64,000 nucleotides of DNA, taken from an uncultured beta proteobacterium (GTDB taxonomy: Bacteria; Pseudomonadota; Gammaproteobacteria; Burkholderiales; SG8-39). Positions 31,656 to 40,975 of this stretch are shown here, piece after piece (position 1 is the stretch's first letter; the number at the start of each line of letters is the position of its first letter). The notes under the pieces were generated by a model, which had not been told where the DNA came from, ran no database searches, and saw only the letters and a program-made list of their open reading frames with translations. The stretch is from NCBI GenBank assembly GCA_963747775.1, contig CAVVGT010000003.1, positions 641,538 through 705,537 of the forward strand, read 5' to 3'. The position numbers and the translations under genes are program-made.

Positions 31656-34600
31656 CTAGTGGAAGTCGCGCGAGCGGGTGAGAAGTCGCCCGAGCAGCGT
31701 GCTGTGATCGGCCAGGCGCCGCGCAACGAGATGCACCACCGCGCCTTCGCGCTCGATCGTGCCCTGTACCGCCAGCAGGCGTGCCCCGAGCAGCTCGCGC
31801 CGCTGGCGCTCGACGAGGGTCGACCAGACGACCACGTTCACGTATCCGGTTTCATCCTCGAGCGTCACGAACACTACGCCTGAGGCGGTGTCGGGACGCT
31901 GCCGTCCGGTCACGATTCCGCACGCGCTCAGGGTCTGCCCGTGTGCCGCCGCGCGGACCTCCACGGCGGTCGCGAGGCCCATGCCGCGCAGCCGATCCCG
32001 CAGCAGCGCGAGCGGGTGGCGGCCGAGGGTGAGGCCGAGGCTCGCGAAGTCGGCGACGAGGTCTTCGCCCTCGGTGGGCGCCGCGAGCGCCGGCGCCGCC
32101 TCGCGGACCGGCGCCTCCCGCAGGAGGTGCGGCCGCGTCTCGATCCCGGCGACGTCCCAGTACGCGCGGCGGCGATGCTCGGCGAGCGCGTTGAGGGCGC
32201 CGGCAGCGGCGAGGCACTTCAGATCGCGCGCCTCGAGCCGCGCGCGACGGGCGAGATCCGCGACGCTCGCGAAAGGCGCCGCGGCACGCGCGGCGGCGAC
32301 CCGGCGGGCGCCCGCCTCGGAGAGGCCTTTGACCATCAGCATGCCCAAGCGGACGGCGGGCGGCTCACGGCCTTCCAGCGTGCACTCCCACTCGCTCGTG
32401 CACACGTCCACCGGCCGCACCTCCACCCCGTGCCGCTGCGCGTCCTGCACGAGCTGCGACGGCGCGTAGAAGCCCATCGGCTGGCTGTTGAGCAGCGCGG
32501 CGAGGAACGCGGCCGGCTCGTGGCGCTTGATCCACGACGACACGTAGACGAGCAGCGCGAAGCTCGCCGAGTGCGACTCGGGAAAGCCGTACTCGCCGAA
32601 GCCGAGGATCTGGCGAAAAATCTGGTCGGCGAACTCGCCCGAGTAGCCGCGCTCGCGCATGCCGTCCTTGAGGCGGCGCTCGAACGGCTCCAGCCCGCCC
32701 TTGCGCCGCCACGCCGCCATCGCGCGGCGGAGCCGGTCGGCCTCGCCGGGGGTGAAGCCGGCGGCGACCACCGCGAGGCTCATGACCTGCTCCTGGAAGA
32801 TCGGCACGCCGAGCGTCCGCTCGAGCACCGACCGGACCGCTGCGCTCGGGTAGGTCACCGGTTCTTCGCCGTTGCGGCGCCGCAGATACGGATGCACCAT
32901 GCCGCCCTGGATCGGCCCGGGGCGCACGATCGCGACCTCGATCACGAGGTCGTAGAAGCGCGCCGGCGCGAGGCGCGGCAGCATCGACATCTGCGCGCGC
33001 GACTCGATCTGGAACACGCCCATCGTGTCGGCGCGCCGGATCATCTCGTAGATCGCGGGGTCCTCCGGCGGCACGTCGGACAGCGCGAACGGCCGGCCGT
33101 GCCGCGCGGCGATCAGGTCGAGCGCGCGCCGGATCGCCGAGAGCATGCCGAGCGCGAGCACGTCCACTTTGAGCAGGCCGAGCGCGTCGAGGTCGTCCTT
33201 GTCCCATTCGATGACCGTGCGGTCGGGCATCGCGGCGTTCTCGATCGGCACGAGCCGCGAGAGCCGGTCGCGCGCGATCACGAATCCGCCGACGTGCTGC
33301 GAGAGGTGGCGCGGGAAGCCGATCAGAGTGCCCGCGAGCTCGAGGAGCTGCACGACCTGCCCGCTCGCGGGATCGAGCCCGGCCTCACGCATGCGCTCGG
33401 GCAGCGCGCTGCGACCGTCCCACCACGCGAGCGAGCCGGCCAGGCGGTCGACCTGGTCCGCATCGAGTCCGAGCGCCTTGCCCGCGTCGCGCACCGCGCT
33501 CTTGGCGCGATAGGTGATGACGGTGGCGGCGATCGCGGCGCGGTCGCGGCCGTATTTCGCGTAGAGGTACTGGATCACCTCCTCGCGCCGCTGGTGCTCG
33601 AAGTCGACGTCGATGTCGGGCGGCTCGTTGCGCTCCTTCGAGATGAAGCGCTCGAACAGCATCGTCATGCGTGCCGGATCGACCTCGGTGATGCCGAGCG
33701 CGTAGCACACCGCCGAGTTCGCCGCCGAGCCGCGGCCCTGGCAGAGGATGCGCCGCTCGCGCGCGAAGCGCACGATGTCGTGCACGGTGAGGAAGTAGGG
33801 CTCGTAGGCGAGCTCGGCGATCAGCGCGAGCTCGTGCTCGACGAGCTGGCGGACGTTATCGGGCGCGCCCTGCGGGAAGCGCCATCCCAGGCCTGCCTCG
33901 GTGAGCTTGCGCAGCCACGACGCCGGCGTCTCGCCGGCGGGCACGAGCTCTTCCGGGTATTCGTAGCGCAGCTCGTCGAGCGAGAAGCGGCACGCTCGCG
34001 CGAGGCGCAGCGTCTCGGCGAGCAGCTCGGGCGGATAGAGCTTCGCGAGCCGCATCCGCAGCCGCAGATGGCGCTCGCCGTTCGGATGGAGCGCCCGGCC
34101 GCAGGCGGCGACCGGCCTGCCCAGGCGCATCGCGGTGAGCATGTCCTGCAGCCGGCGCCGCGAGCGCACGTGCATGTGCACGTCGCCGGCCGCGACGAGC
34201 GGCAGGCCGGAGCTGCGCGAGAGCTCGCGCAGGGCATCGAGCTGGGCGCGGTCGTTCGGGCCGCACAGAAGCTCCGACCGCGATCCAGGCGCGATCCGGG
34301 AAGCGCGCTGCGAGCCAGTGCGCATCCACCAGGCAAGCAGGAAGCAGGGAGGCCGCAGGGATCAACAGCGCGAGGCAGCCGGCCAGGCCGCCGTCGAGGT
34401 CGGCGCGGGTCAGGCGATAGCTGCCCTTGGTGCGCGCTGCGCCGGCCCGTGGTGATCAGCTCGGAGAGATTGCCGTAGCCGTCGCGGTCGGTGGCGAGCA
34501 GCACCAGCTTCGGGCCGTCGTCGAGCCGGATCTCGGTGCCGATGATGAGCGGCAGCCCGAGACTCCTTCGCGGCAACGTGCGCGCGCACCACGCCGGCGA

Positions 34601-34742
34601 GCGAGCATTCGTCGGTGATCGCGAGCGCCGCGTAGCCGAGTCGCATGCGCCCGTTCGACCAGTTCCTCCGGGTGCGAAGCGCCGCGCAGGAAGGTGAAGT
34701 TCGACAGGCAGTGCAGCTCGGCGTAAGCGGGGGCGGAAACAC
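31656..34742 (-). pseudogene. dnaE2: Error-prone DNA polymerase III alpha DnaE2 (ImuC). The 3' 2.67 kb is intact and the 5' ~470 nt carries 5 frameshifts
   Basis: An 889-aa intact frame covers PHP, polymerase and OB regions. N-terminal homology (PAYAELHCLSNFTFLRGASHPEELV / LGYAALAITDECSLAGV / LPLIIGTEIRLDDGPKLVLLATDRDGYGNLSELIT / KGSYRLTRADLDGG...AWIAV / ELLCGPNDR) hops between frames. There are single extra bases at ~34641, ~34560, ~34431 and ~34275, and a likely missing G in the G5 run at 34729-34733. Confidence 0.85.
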
Positions 34743-34749
34743 GGTTCCA

Positions 34750-36206
34750 GGCGAAAAGCCCGTGCGAGGATACGCATACCCACCGGCAGCCGTCGCGCGC
34801 GCGCGGTAGATCCAGACCAGCGCATCGCTCAGGCGTGCGCGCGACGAAGTAGTCGCGCGCGATGTCGTCGCCGTCCCACCAGCCGGACTCGATGCGCTCC
34901 GGACCGGCGAGCAGCGTGAGCGGGCCGTCGTAGTGCGGCACGGCTCCGACCTCCGGAATCGGCCGCGGCGCGTCGAGCAGCCAGAACGGCCGCGCGCCGA
35001 CCTTCCCTCTTCCGCTTTCTCCCTTCCCCGCGCGAGCGGAGCTCGCACGCCCGCGACGCGTACTCCGGCCGATGCTCTGCGGCGCTGCCACGCCGTGCAC
35101 CGCTTGCCGTGCCCAGCCGCGCCCGCAGGCGCTCGATCGAGCTGCTGCCAGTCCTGCCGGTCGTGCCGCGTTTCGTCGGGGAACAGGGCAAGCGGCTCGC
35201 CGACAAGCGGCACGATGTCTGCCGCGGCGAGGGCGAGGGCGCGCACCGGCTCGCGCGAGCGCCATCGCTCCCGAGCCGCTCGCGCGCGAGCAGGGTGAAG
35301 TGACTCGGCATCGCGGCAAGGCGCGACGAGGCCGATCGGCGATTACGGTCGGTGTCGCCTCGCGATGGAAGAGGCGCAGCTCGAAGCCGTCTGCACGCCG
35401 CCGGCGCGCGCGGCGAGGAAACCCTCCAGCTGCACGAACAGCCGCCGCGCCGCGAACAGCAGCGCTCTCGGCCTGCGTGACCTCGGCCGGCAGCTCGAGG
35501 CGGGCATGGAATCTCGGCGGCGGGACGTAAAACGCGCGCGGGTCGGGCGGTCGCCCGTGGGCGCGATCCAGGTCGTCGAGCAAGCGCCTGGCCGAAGCGG
35601 CGTGCGAGCCCGTCGCGCGGCAGCGCGGCAGATCGCCCACCGTCGCGGGCGCCGATTGCGTGCAACGCTTCGAGCGTGTCCGCCGCGCGCACGGCGATGC
35701 CCAGCGGGACGGCGGCGAGCGCGGACTCGAGGGATCGGCGTGCTCGATGACATGGTGCCACGCCGGCACGCGCCAGCCACGCGGCGCCGCGCGCGGTGGG
35801 CGCGCATGCGGCGAGGGCGGTGAAGCCCATCCGCGCGCAGCCCGCGAGGAGGGATGCGCGCAGGCGATCGACGCCGCCGAAGAGCCTCAGGCTGCCCGAG
35901 ATCTCGAGCACGAGCGCATCGGGGGACTCGTGCGCCACATTCGGCGTGAACTGCACCGCCCAGCCGGCGACTCCGAGCAGCGCTTCGGTCTCCTCGGCCG
36001 AATCACGCGGCCGGACGACGAGGTCGTGCGCGAGTGCGCGCGCGGCGGGGACGGCGATGCCCGGCCGCACGCCGCGTGCGCACGCCTTCCGGTCGCAGGC
36101 CACGACCCGCTGCGTGCTCCGCGACCGCCTGCGGCTCAGGCGTCGCAAGGCTGCGCGGGAGTGCTTCGAGCGGCAGGTCGGGCAGGTGGAGCGCGATCCA
36201 CTGCAC
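34750..36206 (-). pseudogene. imuB: ImuB (Y-family polymerase-like TLS accessory protein), with about a dozen frame changes
   Basis: Recognisable ImuB segments are spread over all three minus frames: MQWIALHLPDLPLEAL, VVACDRKACARGVRPG, FTPNV...LVLEISGSLRLFGG, LPRDGLARRFG, LLDDLDRAHG, ALLFAARRLFVQLEGFL, RPFWLLDAPRP, ERIESGWWDGD, HGLFA. Confidence 0.8.
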
Positions 36207-36849
36207 GTGGTGTTCCGATGTTCACGAGGACAGGCCGCTCGCAGACGGCGCCGCGGCGTTTGAGGATCCGCACCGCCAGAGCGCCGGCGGCGGTGTGCGA
36301 GCGCGAGGCGCAGCGCCGCGGGCGAGGCTTCGCCGGCGACGTACGGCGTGCGGAACAGCACGACGAGCGCGCGCGCCTTCTTCGGCGGCGAGCTGCAGGC
36401 GGCGCAGCTCCGCATATTTGACCCTGCCGGGCCAGACGAGCACTGCCCCGCAAGCGGCGGAGGCGAGCGCCTGCTCGGCGGCCCACAGCGTGTCGCGCGC
36501 CGAGCCCGTCCTGACGATCAGAAGGTGGGTGAGGGCGATACCTGCGGCGTCGAGCGCCGGCGCGTAGGGAAGATGAGGCGGCGCGATCCAGGCGAGCCGC
36601 TTGCCTGTGCGCGAGAGTGCGGCGAGCGCCGGGCCGAGGATGCGCAGCTCGCCGATGCCTTCGTGCGCGGGCAGGATCTCGGTGAGGCAGCCGGTCGGCC
36701 AGCCGCCACCAGGCAGCTCCGCGTCGAGGGCCGCGAAGCCGGTCGGTACGCTCGGGCTCGCCACCGAGCGAGCGCGTCGCCGCGCCGGATGTCGGGTGCG
36801 GGCGAGCAAGAGCGGCGAAGCGGAGCGCCGGGGTCGGCGAGCCGACCAT
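36136..36849 (-). pseudogene. imuA: ImuA (RecA/SulA-like TLS protein), with at least 3 frame changes
   Basis: VPTGFAALDAELPGGGWPTGCLTEIL...LAWIAPPHLPYAPAL...LWAAEQALASAACGAVLVW lies in one frame. ALVVLFRTP...EASPAALRLAL and LAVRILKRRG lie in the two others. The N-terminus is also split. Confidence 0.75.
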
Positions 36850-36880
36850 TGCAAGACCCGATGCGGGCGTGGGTGCGATT

Positions 36881-37483
36881 TCAAAGCGTGCGGTTGCGGA
36901 TCACGCCGACGGCGATGCCTTCGATCGGCGAGCGGCGTCTCGCGCGTAGTCGATCACGATCGGCTTGAAGTCCGGGTTCTCCGGCAGGAGCTCGATGGTG
37001 GCACCGCGGCGGCGCAGGCGCTTCACCGTCACTTCGTCATGCAGGCGCGCGACGACGACCTGCCCCGAGCGCGCATCCACGGTCCGGTGCACGGCGAGCA
37101 GGTCGCCGTCGAGGATGCCGGCGTCGCGCATGCTCATGCCGCGCACCTTGCAGCAGATAGTCGGCGCGCGGTCGGAAGAGGTTCGGATCGACCGGGTATC
37201 GGCCGACGATGTGCTCCTCGGCGAGGATCGGCGAGCCGGCGGCGACGCGGCCGATGAGCGGCAGCCCGAGGGCCTCCGTGAGCCGTAGGCCGCGCGCGGT
37301 GCCGTCGAGGATCTCGATCGCGCCCTTGCGCTCGAGCGCGCGCAGGTGCTCCTCGGCCGCGTTGGGGGAGGCGAAGCCGAGCATGCGCGCGATCTCGATG
37401 CGCGTCGGCGGGAAGCCGGTCTCCTCGATCGTGTCGCGGATGATCTGGAGGATCTCGGCCTGACGGGGAGTGAGTTCTTTCAT
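36881..37483 (-). pseudogene. lexA: LexA repressor, with two frameshifts (~37150 and ~36925-36945)
   Basis: N-terminal w[35 protein letters not shown] and cleavage site VAAGSP. The [12 protein letters not shown]...TVKRL catalytic core is in a second frame, after an extra base in CTGCTG-C-AAGGTG. The C-terminal [15 protein letters not shown] is back in the first frame. Confidence 0.8.
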
Positions 37484-37492
37484 CGCGTGCTC

Positions 37493-37912
37493 CTAGGCGT
37501 GCGCCGAGTACTGCGGTCCGGCCGGCTCGCGCGCCTGCATGCCGTTGGCGATCGCCCGGACGCCGGCGGGCATCGGCACCCGTCCGAACCGTGCGAGCCG
37601 CGCCTCGATCGCGAGCCGGCTGCGCGCGTGCGCGCCGGCGAGATCGTCGATCGACTGGCCCCGGTCGAAGGCGCCGAGCAGGCGCTCGTCCTCGTCCTTC
37701 GACCACGGCTTGCCCGAATTGCCGCCCGCGGGGCGCGCGGCCTGCCGCTTCTGCGCGGCGACCGCGCTTTCCATCGCCCGCACCGCCTGGAAGAGCGCCC
37801 GTACGACGTCCGGATGCTGGTACGAACTGTCGGCGGGGAACGGCTTGCCGGTGAACGGATCGCTGCCGTTCGACAGGTTCTGCAGGATGCCCAGGGCTTT
37901 TTCATGATCCAT
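37493..37912 (-). CDS. Hypothetical 139-aa protein with a SANT/Myb-like HTH segment, first gene of the lexA-imuAB-dnaE2 string
   Basis: Intact ORF whose stop lies 9 nt before the lexA start. The segment GKPWSKDEDERLLGAFDRGQSIDDLAGAHARSRLAIEARL looks like a Myb/SANT-type three-helix motif. Confidence 0.6.
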   Translation of the reverse strand: MDHEKALGILQNLSNGSDPFTGKPFPADSSYQHPDVVRALFQAVRAMESAVAAQKRQAARPAGGNSGKPWSKDEDERLLGAFDRGQSIDDLAGAHARSRLAIEARLARFGRVPMPAGVRAIANGMQAREPAGPQYSAHA

Positions 37913-38016
37913 GACTGCCTCCAGAAGCGGAGCTGTTATAGGTATCGCGGATTGAGCGACGGCTTGCCGTCCGCCCCAATCCGCGGGACTGGCGCCTCAA
38001 TGTGCGCGGCGCTTTA

Positions 38017-38032
38017 CTGCATTTATATACAG
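38017..38032. promoter_or_regulatory. Candidate LexA (SOS) box CTGC-N8-ACAG
   Basis: CTGCATTTATATACAG has one mismatch to the beta/gamma-proteobacterial CTGT-N8-ACAG consensus and an AT-rich spacer. It lies 105-120 nt upstream of the orf139 start. Confidence 0.5.
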
Positions 38033-38205
38033 GCCTGAACAAAAATGCAAGGCCCCAGTCCCAGCCGGGCGGAAGTTTTTGTTTTTCAAAGGATCGCCTG
38101 CGTCGGTCGGCGTGCTGCCGGACGACGCGGTGCGGCAGCGAGCGCGCGTCCAAGCCGCATGCGCGGGTATAATCCGCCGCGTCCGTTCACCATCCCCTCA
38201 CGACC

Positions 38206-38409
38206 ATGTTCGGCAAGAAGATCAAGAGCGACTACGAGTCCGACGCGACGCGCCTCATCCGCGACCTGCTGCACGAGCAGCCGCAGCTCGCGGACGAGCA
38301 GGCGAAAGGCCGCGCGCTGTGGTGGGATCGCAAACTCGACCTCGACCAGCAGCAGCGTGTCCAGGACTCGCGCGTCCGGCAGAAGGGCTACGTCTATCAG
38401 AACGACTGA
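38206..38409 (+). CDS. Small conserved protein (67 aa), DUF3460-like
   Basis: MFGKKIKSDYESDATRLIRDLLHEQPQLADEQAKGRALWWDRKLDLDQQQR...KGYVYQ. It matches my recollection of the beta-proteobacterial DUF3460 pattern. Confidence 0.65.
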   Translation: MFGKKIKSDYESDATRLIRDLLHEQPQLADEQAKGRALWWDRKLDLDQQQRVQDSRVRQKGYVYQND

Positions 38410-39145
38410 GCTCCGGCGCACCGCCGCGGCGCTCGTGCTGTTGGCGGCGCTTGCGGGCTGCATGTCGCCCGCGGCCCAGCTGTTGATCGGCCTCCTCCCC
38501 GAGGGCACGTTCACCACGCTGCTCAACAACATGAAGGGCGTGAGCGAGCCGAACCGCGACCGGCTCTCCGCTCTCGAGGAGAAGGGCGACTGGAACGGCA
38601 TCGCGCAGTTCGCGCAGGAGAACATCGCGATCGACCCGACCAACCCCGACTGGCGCGTGGTGGCGGGCTATGCCTACACGCAGCTCGGGCAGTACGAGCG
38701 CGCGGCCGATCAGTTCCAGCATGCGGTGCGCGTCAGCCCGGACGACATCGCGGCCTGGAACCTGCTCGCGCAGTCCTATCGCGCGATGGGGCAGCCCGAG
38801 CGCGCGATCCGCACGCTGGACAGCGCGCTGCGCATCAACCAGGACTCGGCGGTGACCTACTTCCTGCTCGGCGAGAGCTTCAGCGACTTGAAGCGGCCCG
38901 ACCGCGCGGTCGTCTTCTACGAGCAGGCGCTGCAGCGCAATCCGCAGTTCGCGGAGGCCCTCTTCGGCGCCGGGGTCGCGTACGCGCGGCTCGGCCGCCG
39001 GACCGAATGGGAGATCGCCGTGCAGCGGTTGCGCAAGATGAATCCGCCGCTTGCGGAACGGCTCGCCAGCCTGCCGCCGCAGGCCGCGCCGGCGACGGCG
39101 GGCGGGGTGCCGAACCTGCCGACCGAGCGGCTCAGCCCGCGGTGA
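38357..39145 (+). CDS. TPR-repeat lipoprotein
   Basis: Lipobox LLAALAGC followed by at least 4 TPR units (AGYAYTQLGQYERAADQFQHAVRVSPDD...). Start is uncertain. The only in-frame start upstream of the signal peptide is the GTG at 38357, overlapping the previous gene. Confidence 0.6.
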   Translation: MSRTRASGRRATSIRTTELRRTAAALVLLAALAGCMSPAAQLLIGLLPEGTFTTLLNNMKGVSEPNRDRLSALEEKGDWNGIAQFAQENIAIDPTNPDWRVVAGYAYTQLGQYERAADQFQHAVRVSPDDIAAWNLLAQSYRAMGQPERAIRTLDSALRINQDSAVTYFLLGESFSDLKRPDRAVVFYEQALQRNPQFAEALFGAGVAYARLGRRTEWEIAVQRLRKMNPPLAERLASLPPQAAPATAGGVPNLPTERLSPR

Positions 39146-39149
39146 TTAG

Positions 39150-39282
39150 GGAAGGTCTGAAAGAGGGCCACGGGGTGTCGCGAGGCAGCGCGGCTGGGAC
39201 GAGCGCGGACAACGCGAAGCAACGCCTTACACCGTAAAGAACTGGCGATCCCATTGGCCGATAGTCCTTATTCAGGGCTTTC
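39150..39282 (+). repeat. Dispersed intergenic repeat, copy A (~130 bp)
   Basis: The core GGCCACGGGGTGTCGCGAGGCAGCGCGGCTGGGACGAGCGCGGAC is nearly identical to the reverse complement of 54045-54100. Weaker similarity continues for about 70 bp. Confidence 0.7.
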
Positions 39283-40035
39283 TCAGAGGGTCAACCCGTC
39301 GTCGGCGGCGATGACCGCGCCGTTGACGAACCCGGAGTGCTCGGAGGCGAGCAGCAGCAGCAGCCCGTCGAGGTCCGCGGGCTTGCCGACGCGGCGCCGC
39401 GGCAGCATGCCGATCAGCTTTCTCCCGCCGTCGGTTTCCCAGTAGTCGCGGTTGATCTCGGTCTCGATGTACCCGGGACAGAGCGCGTTGACGTTGATCC
39501 CGTAGCGGCCCCACTCCAGGGCGAGCGCACGCGTCAGGTGGATCACCGCCGCCTTCGACATGCAGTACACCGACAGCTGGCCGAGCGCGCGCAGGCCCGC
39601 AGCGGAGGCGATGTTGATGATGCGCCCGGGCCGCTTGGTGGCGAGCATCGCGCGCCCGGCCGCCTGCGCCACGAAGAACGCGCCCTTCGCGTTGGTGTCC
39701 ATCACGAAATCGTAGTCGGCCTCCTCGACCTCGCCGGCGCGCTTGGTGACGCTCACCCCGGAATTGTTCACGAGGATGTCGAGCGGACCGAGCGCCGCCT
39801 CGGCCGCGGCCACGCCGGCGCGCACCGAGGCGACATCGGTGACGTCCAGCGCCACGGCGTGCGCTCGGCCGCCGGTGCGTTCGATCTCGGCCTTGAGCGT
39901 CTCGAGGCGGTCGGTGCGCCGTGCCGCCACGGCGACGCGTGCACCGGCTGCCGCGAGGGTGGTCGCGAAGCGCCAGCCGAGCCCGGAGGAGGCGCCAGTG
40001 ACGAGCGCGTTCTTGGCGTCGAGTCGCAGCTCCAT
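39283..40035 (-). CDS. Short-chain dehydrogenase/reductase (3-oxoacyl-ACP reductase-like)
   Basis: VTGASSGLG, NNSG and YCMSKAA. The ATG at 40035 has GGAGA 7 nt upstream. An alternative ATG is at 40047. Confidence 0.85.
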   Translation of the reverse strand: MELRLDAKNALVTGASSGLGWRFATTLAAAGARVAVAARRTDRLETLKAEIERTGGRAHAVALDVTDVASVRAGVAAAEAALGPLDILVNNSGVSVTKRAGEVEEADYDFVMDTNAKGAFFVAQAAGRAMLATKRPGRIINIASAAGLRALGQLSVYCMSKAAVIHLTRALALEWGRYGINVNALCPGYIETEINRDYWETDGGRKLIGMLPRRRVGKPADLDGLLLLLASEHSGFVNGAVIAADDGLTL

Positions 40036-40117
40036 GGGGATCTCCATGATGGGGTGCTGCGATTATGGCGCGCGCGGGCTACACTCGCGCGGCCCAGTTC
40101 GGCCGGACCTCCGCCAG

Positions 40118-40209
40118 ATGACGCCCCTTCTGCGCACCTACGACCGCGGCGTGCTTCGCGTGACGATCAGCCGTCCGGGGAGCGCAACGCGCTGCTGCGG
40201 CGGAGCTGA
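40118..40209 (+). pseudogene. Remnant of an enoyl-CoA hydratase/crotonase N-terminus (~30 codons)
   Basis: MTPLLRTYDRGVLRVTISRPG in one frame continues as ERNALLRRS-stop in another. This is the canonical crotonase start (..RPEKRNAL..), but nothing follows it. Confidence 0.4.
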
Positions 40210-40227
40210 GGCGGCGCCGCCTGCTCT

Positions 40228-40857
40228 TCAGGCCTGCACGCGCTTGTCGTTGCGGCACTCGACGAGGTGCCACATGCCGAGCGGCTTGACGCGCTCGTCG
40301 CGCAGCTTGGCGAGGGGCAGCCCGTCGAGCACCTGACCGACCGAGAGGTCGGTGCGGAAGCCGAGATGGATGCAGAGCGGCGAGACCACGCGCTCACACG
40401 CTGCGAGCACCGGCGAACCGTTGACGAAGTGGTTGAGCAGCAGGATGCGCCCGCCCGGGCGGACCACCCGCACCATCTCGCTCATTACGGTCCGGTGGTC
40501 GGGCACCGCGGTGACGACGTACGCCGCCGCCGCGATGTCGAAGGAGTTGTCGGCGAAGCTCATCGCGCCCGCGTCCATGCGCTCGAGCGTGACATCCGGC
40601 AAGCCGAGCTGCTCGACCCGCTCGCGCGCTTTGTCGAGCATCCCTGCGGACAGGTCGATGCCGGTGATGCGGCAGCGACCGGCATAGAGAGGAAGCAGCA
40701 GGCCGGTGCCGACCCCGACCTCGAGAACGCTCTGTCCAGGGCGCGCTTCGATCGCCGCGGCGAGCGCGATGCGCGAGTCCTGGAAGACTCGCCCGAATAC
40801 GCGGTCATACACCCGCGAATACGCGGAGTAGACCCGCTCGATGTATTCGGCGTCCAA
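40228..40857 (-). CDS. Class I SAM-dependent methyltransferase (PmtA/UbiE-like)
   Basis: SAM motif VLEVGVGTG, plus DIAAAAYV and RVVRPGGRILLL. TTG start at 40857 with GGGAGG 5 nt upstream. Confidence 0.8.
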   Translation of the reverse strand: MDAEYIERVYSAYSRVYDRVFGRVFQDSRIALAAAIEARPGQSVLEVGVGTGLLLPLYAGRCRITGIDLSAGMLDKARERVEQLGLPDVTLERMDAGAMSFADNSFDIAAAAYVVTAVPDHRTVMSEMVRVVRPGGRILLLNHFVNGSPVLAACERVVSPLCIHLGFRTDLSVGQVLDGLPLAKLRDERVKPLGMWHLVECRNDKRVQA

Positions 40858-40975
40858 TCGATCCTCCCTTGCAGCGGTGCGCGAGCCGCTAATGTTAAAG
40901 CGTCGGCAGCGTTTGTCTAGACTGGTGTGCGATCTCCGCGCACTGTCGGCAGTGCGTGACGCAACCACTGCGCGG

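Noticed and set aside
34742-36206. Reading imuB and dnaE2 as a natural in-frame fusion protein
   Set aside because: The apparent continuity depends on one frame of a region that changes frame about a dozen times. A lost stop (TGG) plus a homopolymer deletion explains it more simply.
37933-37950. CTGTTATAGGTATCGC as a second LexA box upstream of orf139
   Set aside because: It has the CTGT half-site but lacks the ACAG half at N8 spacing.
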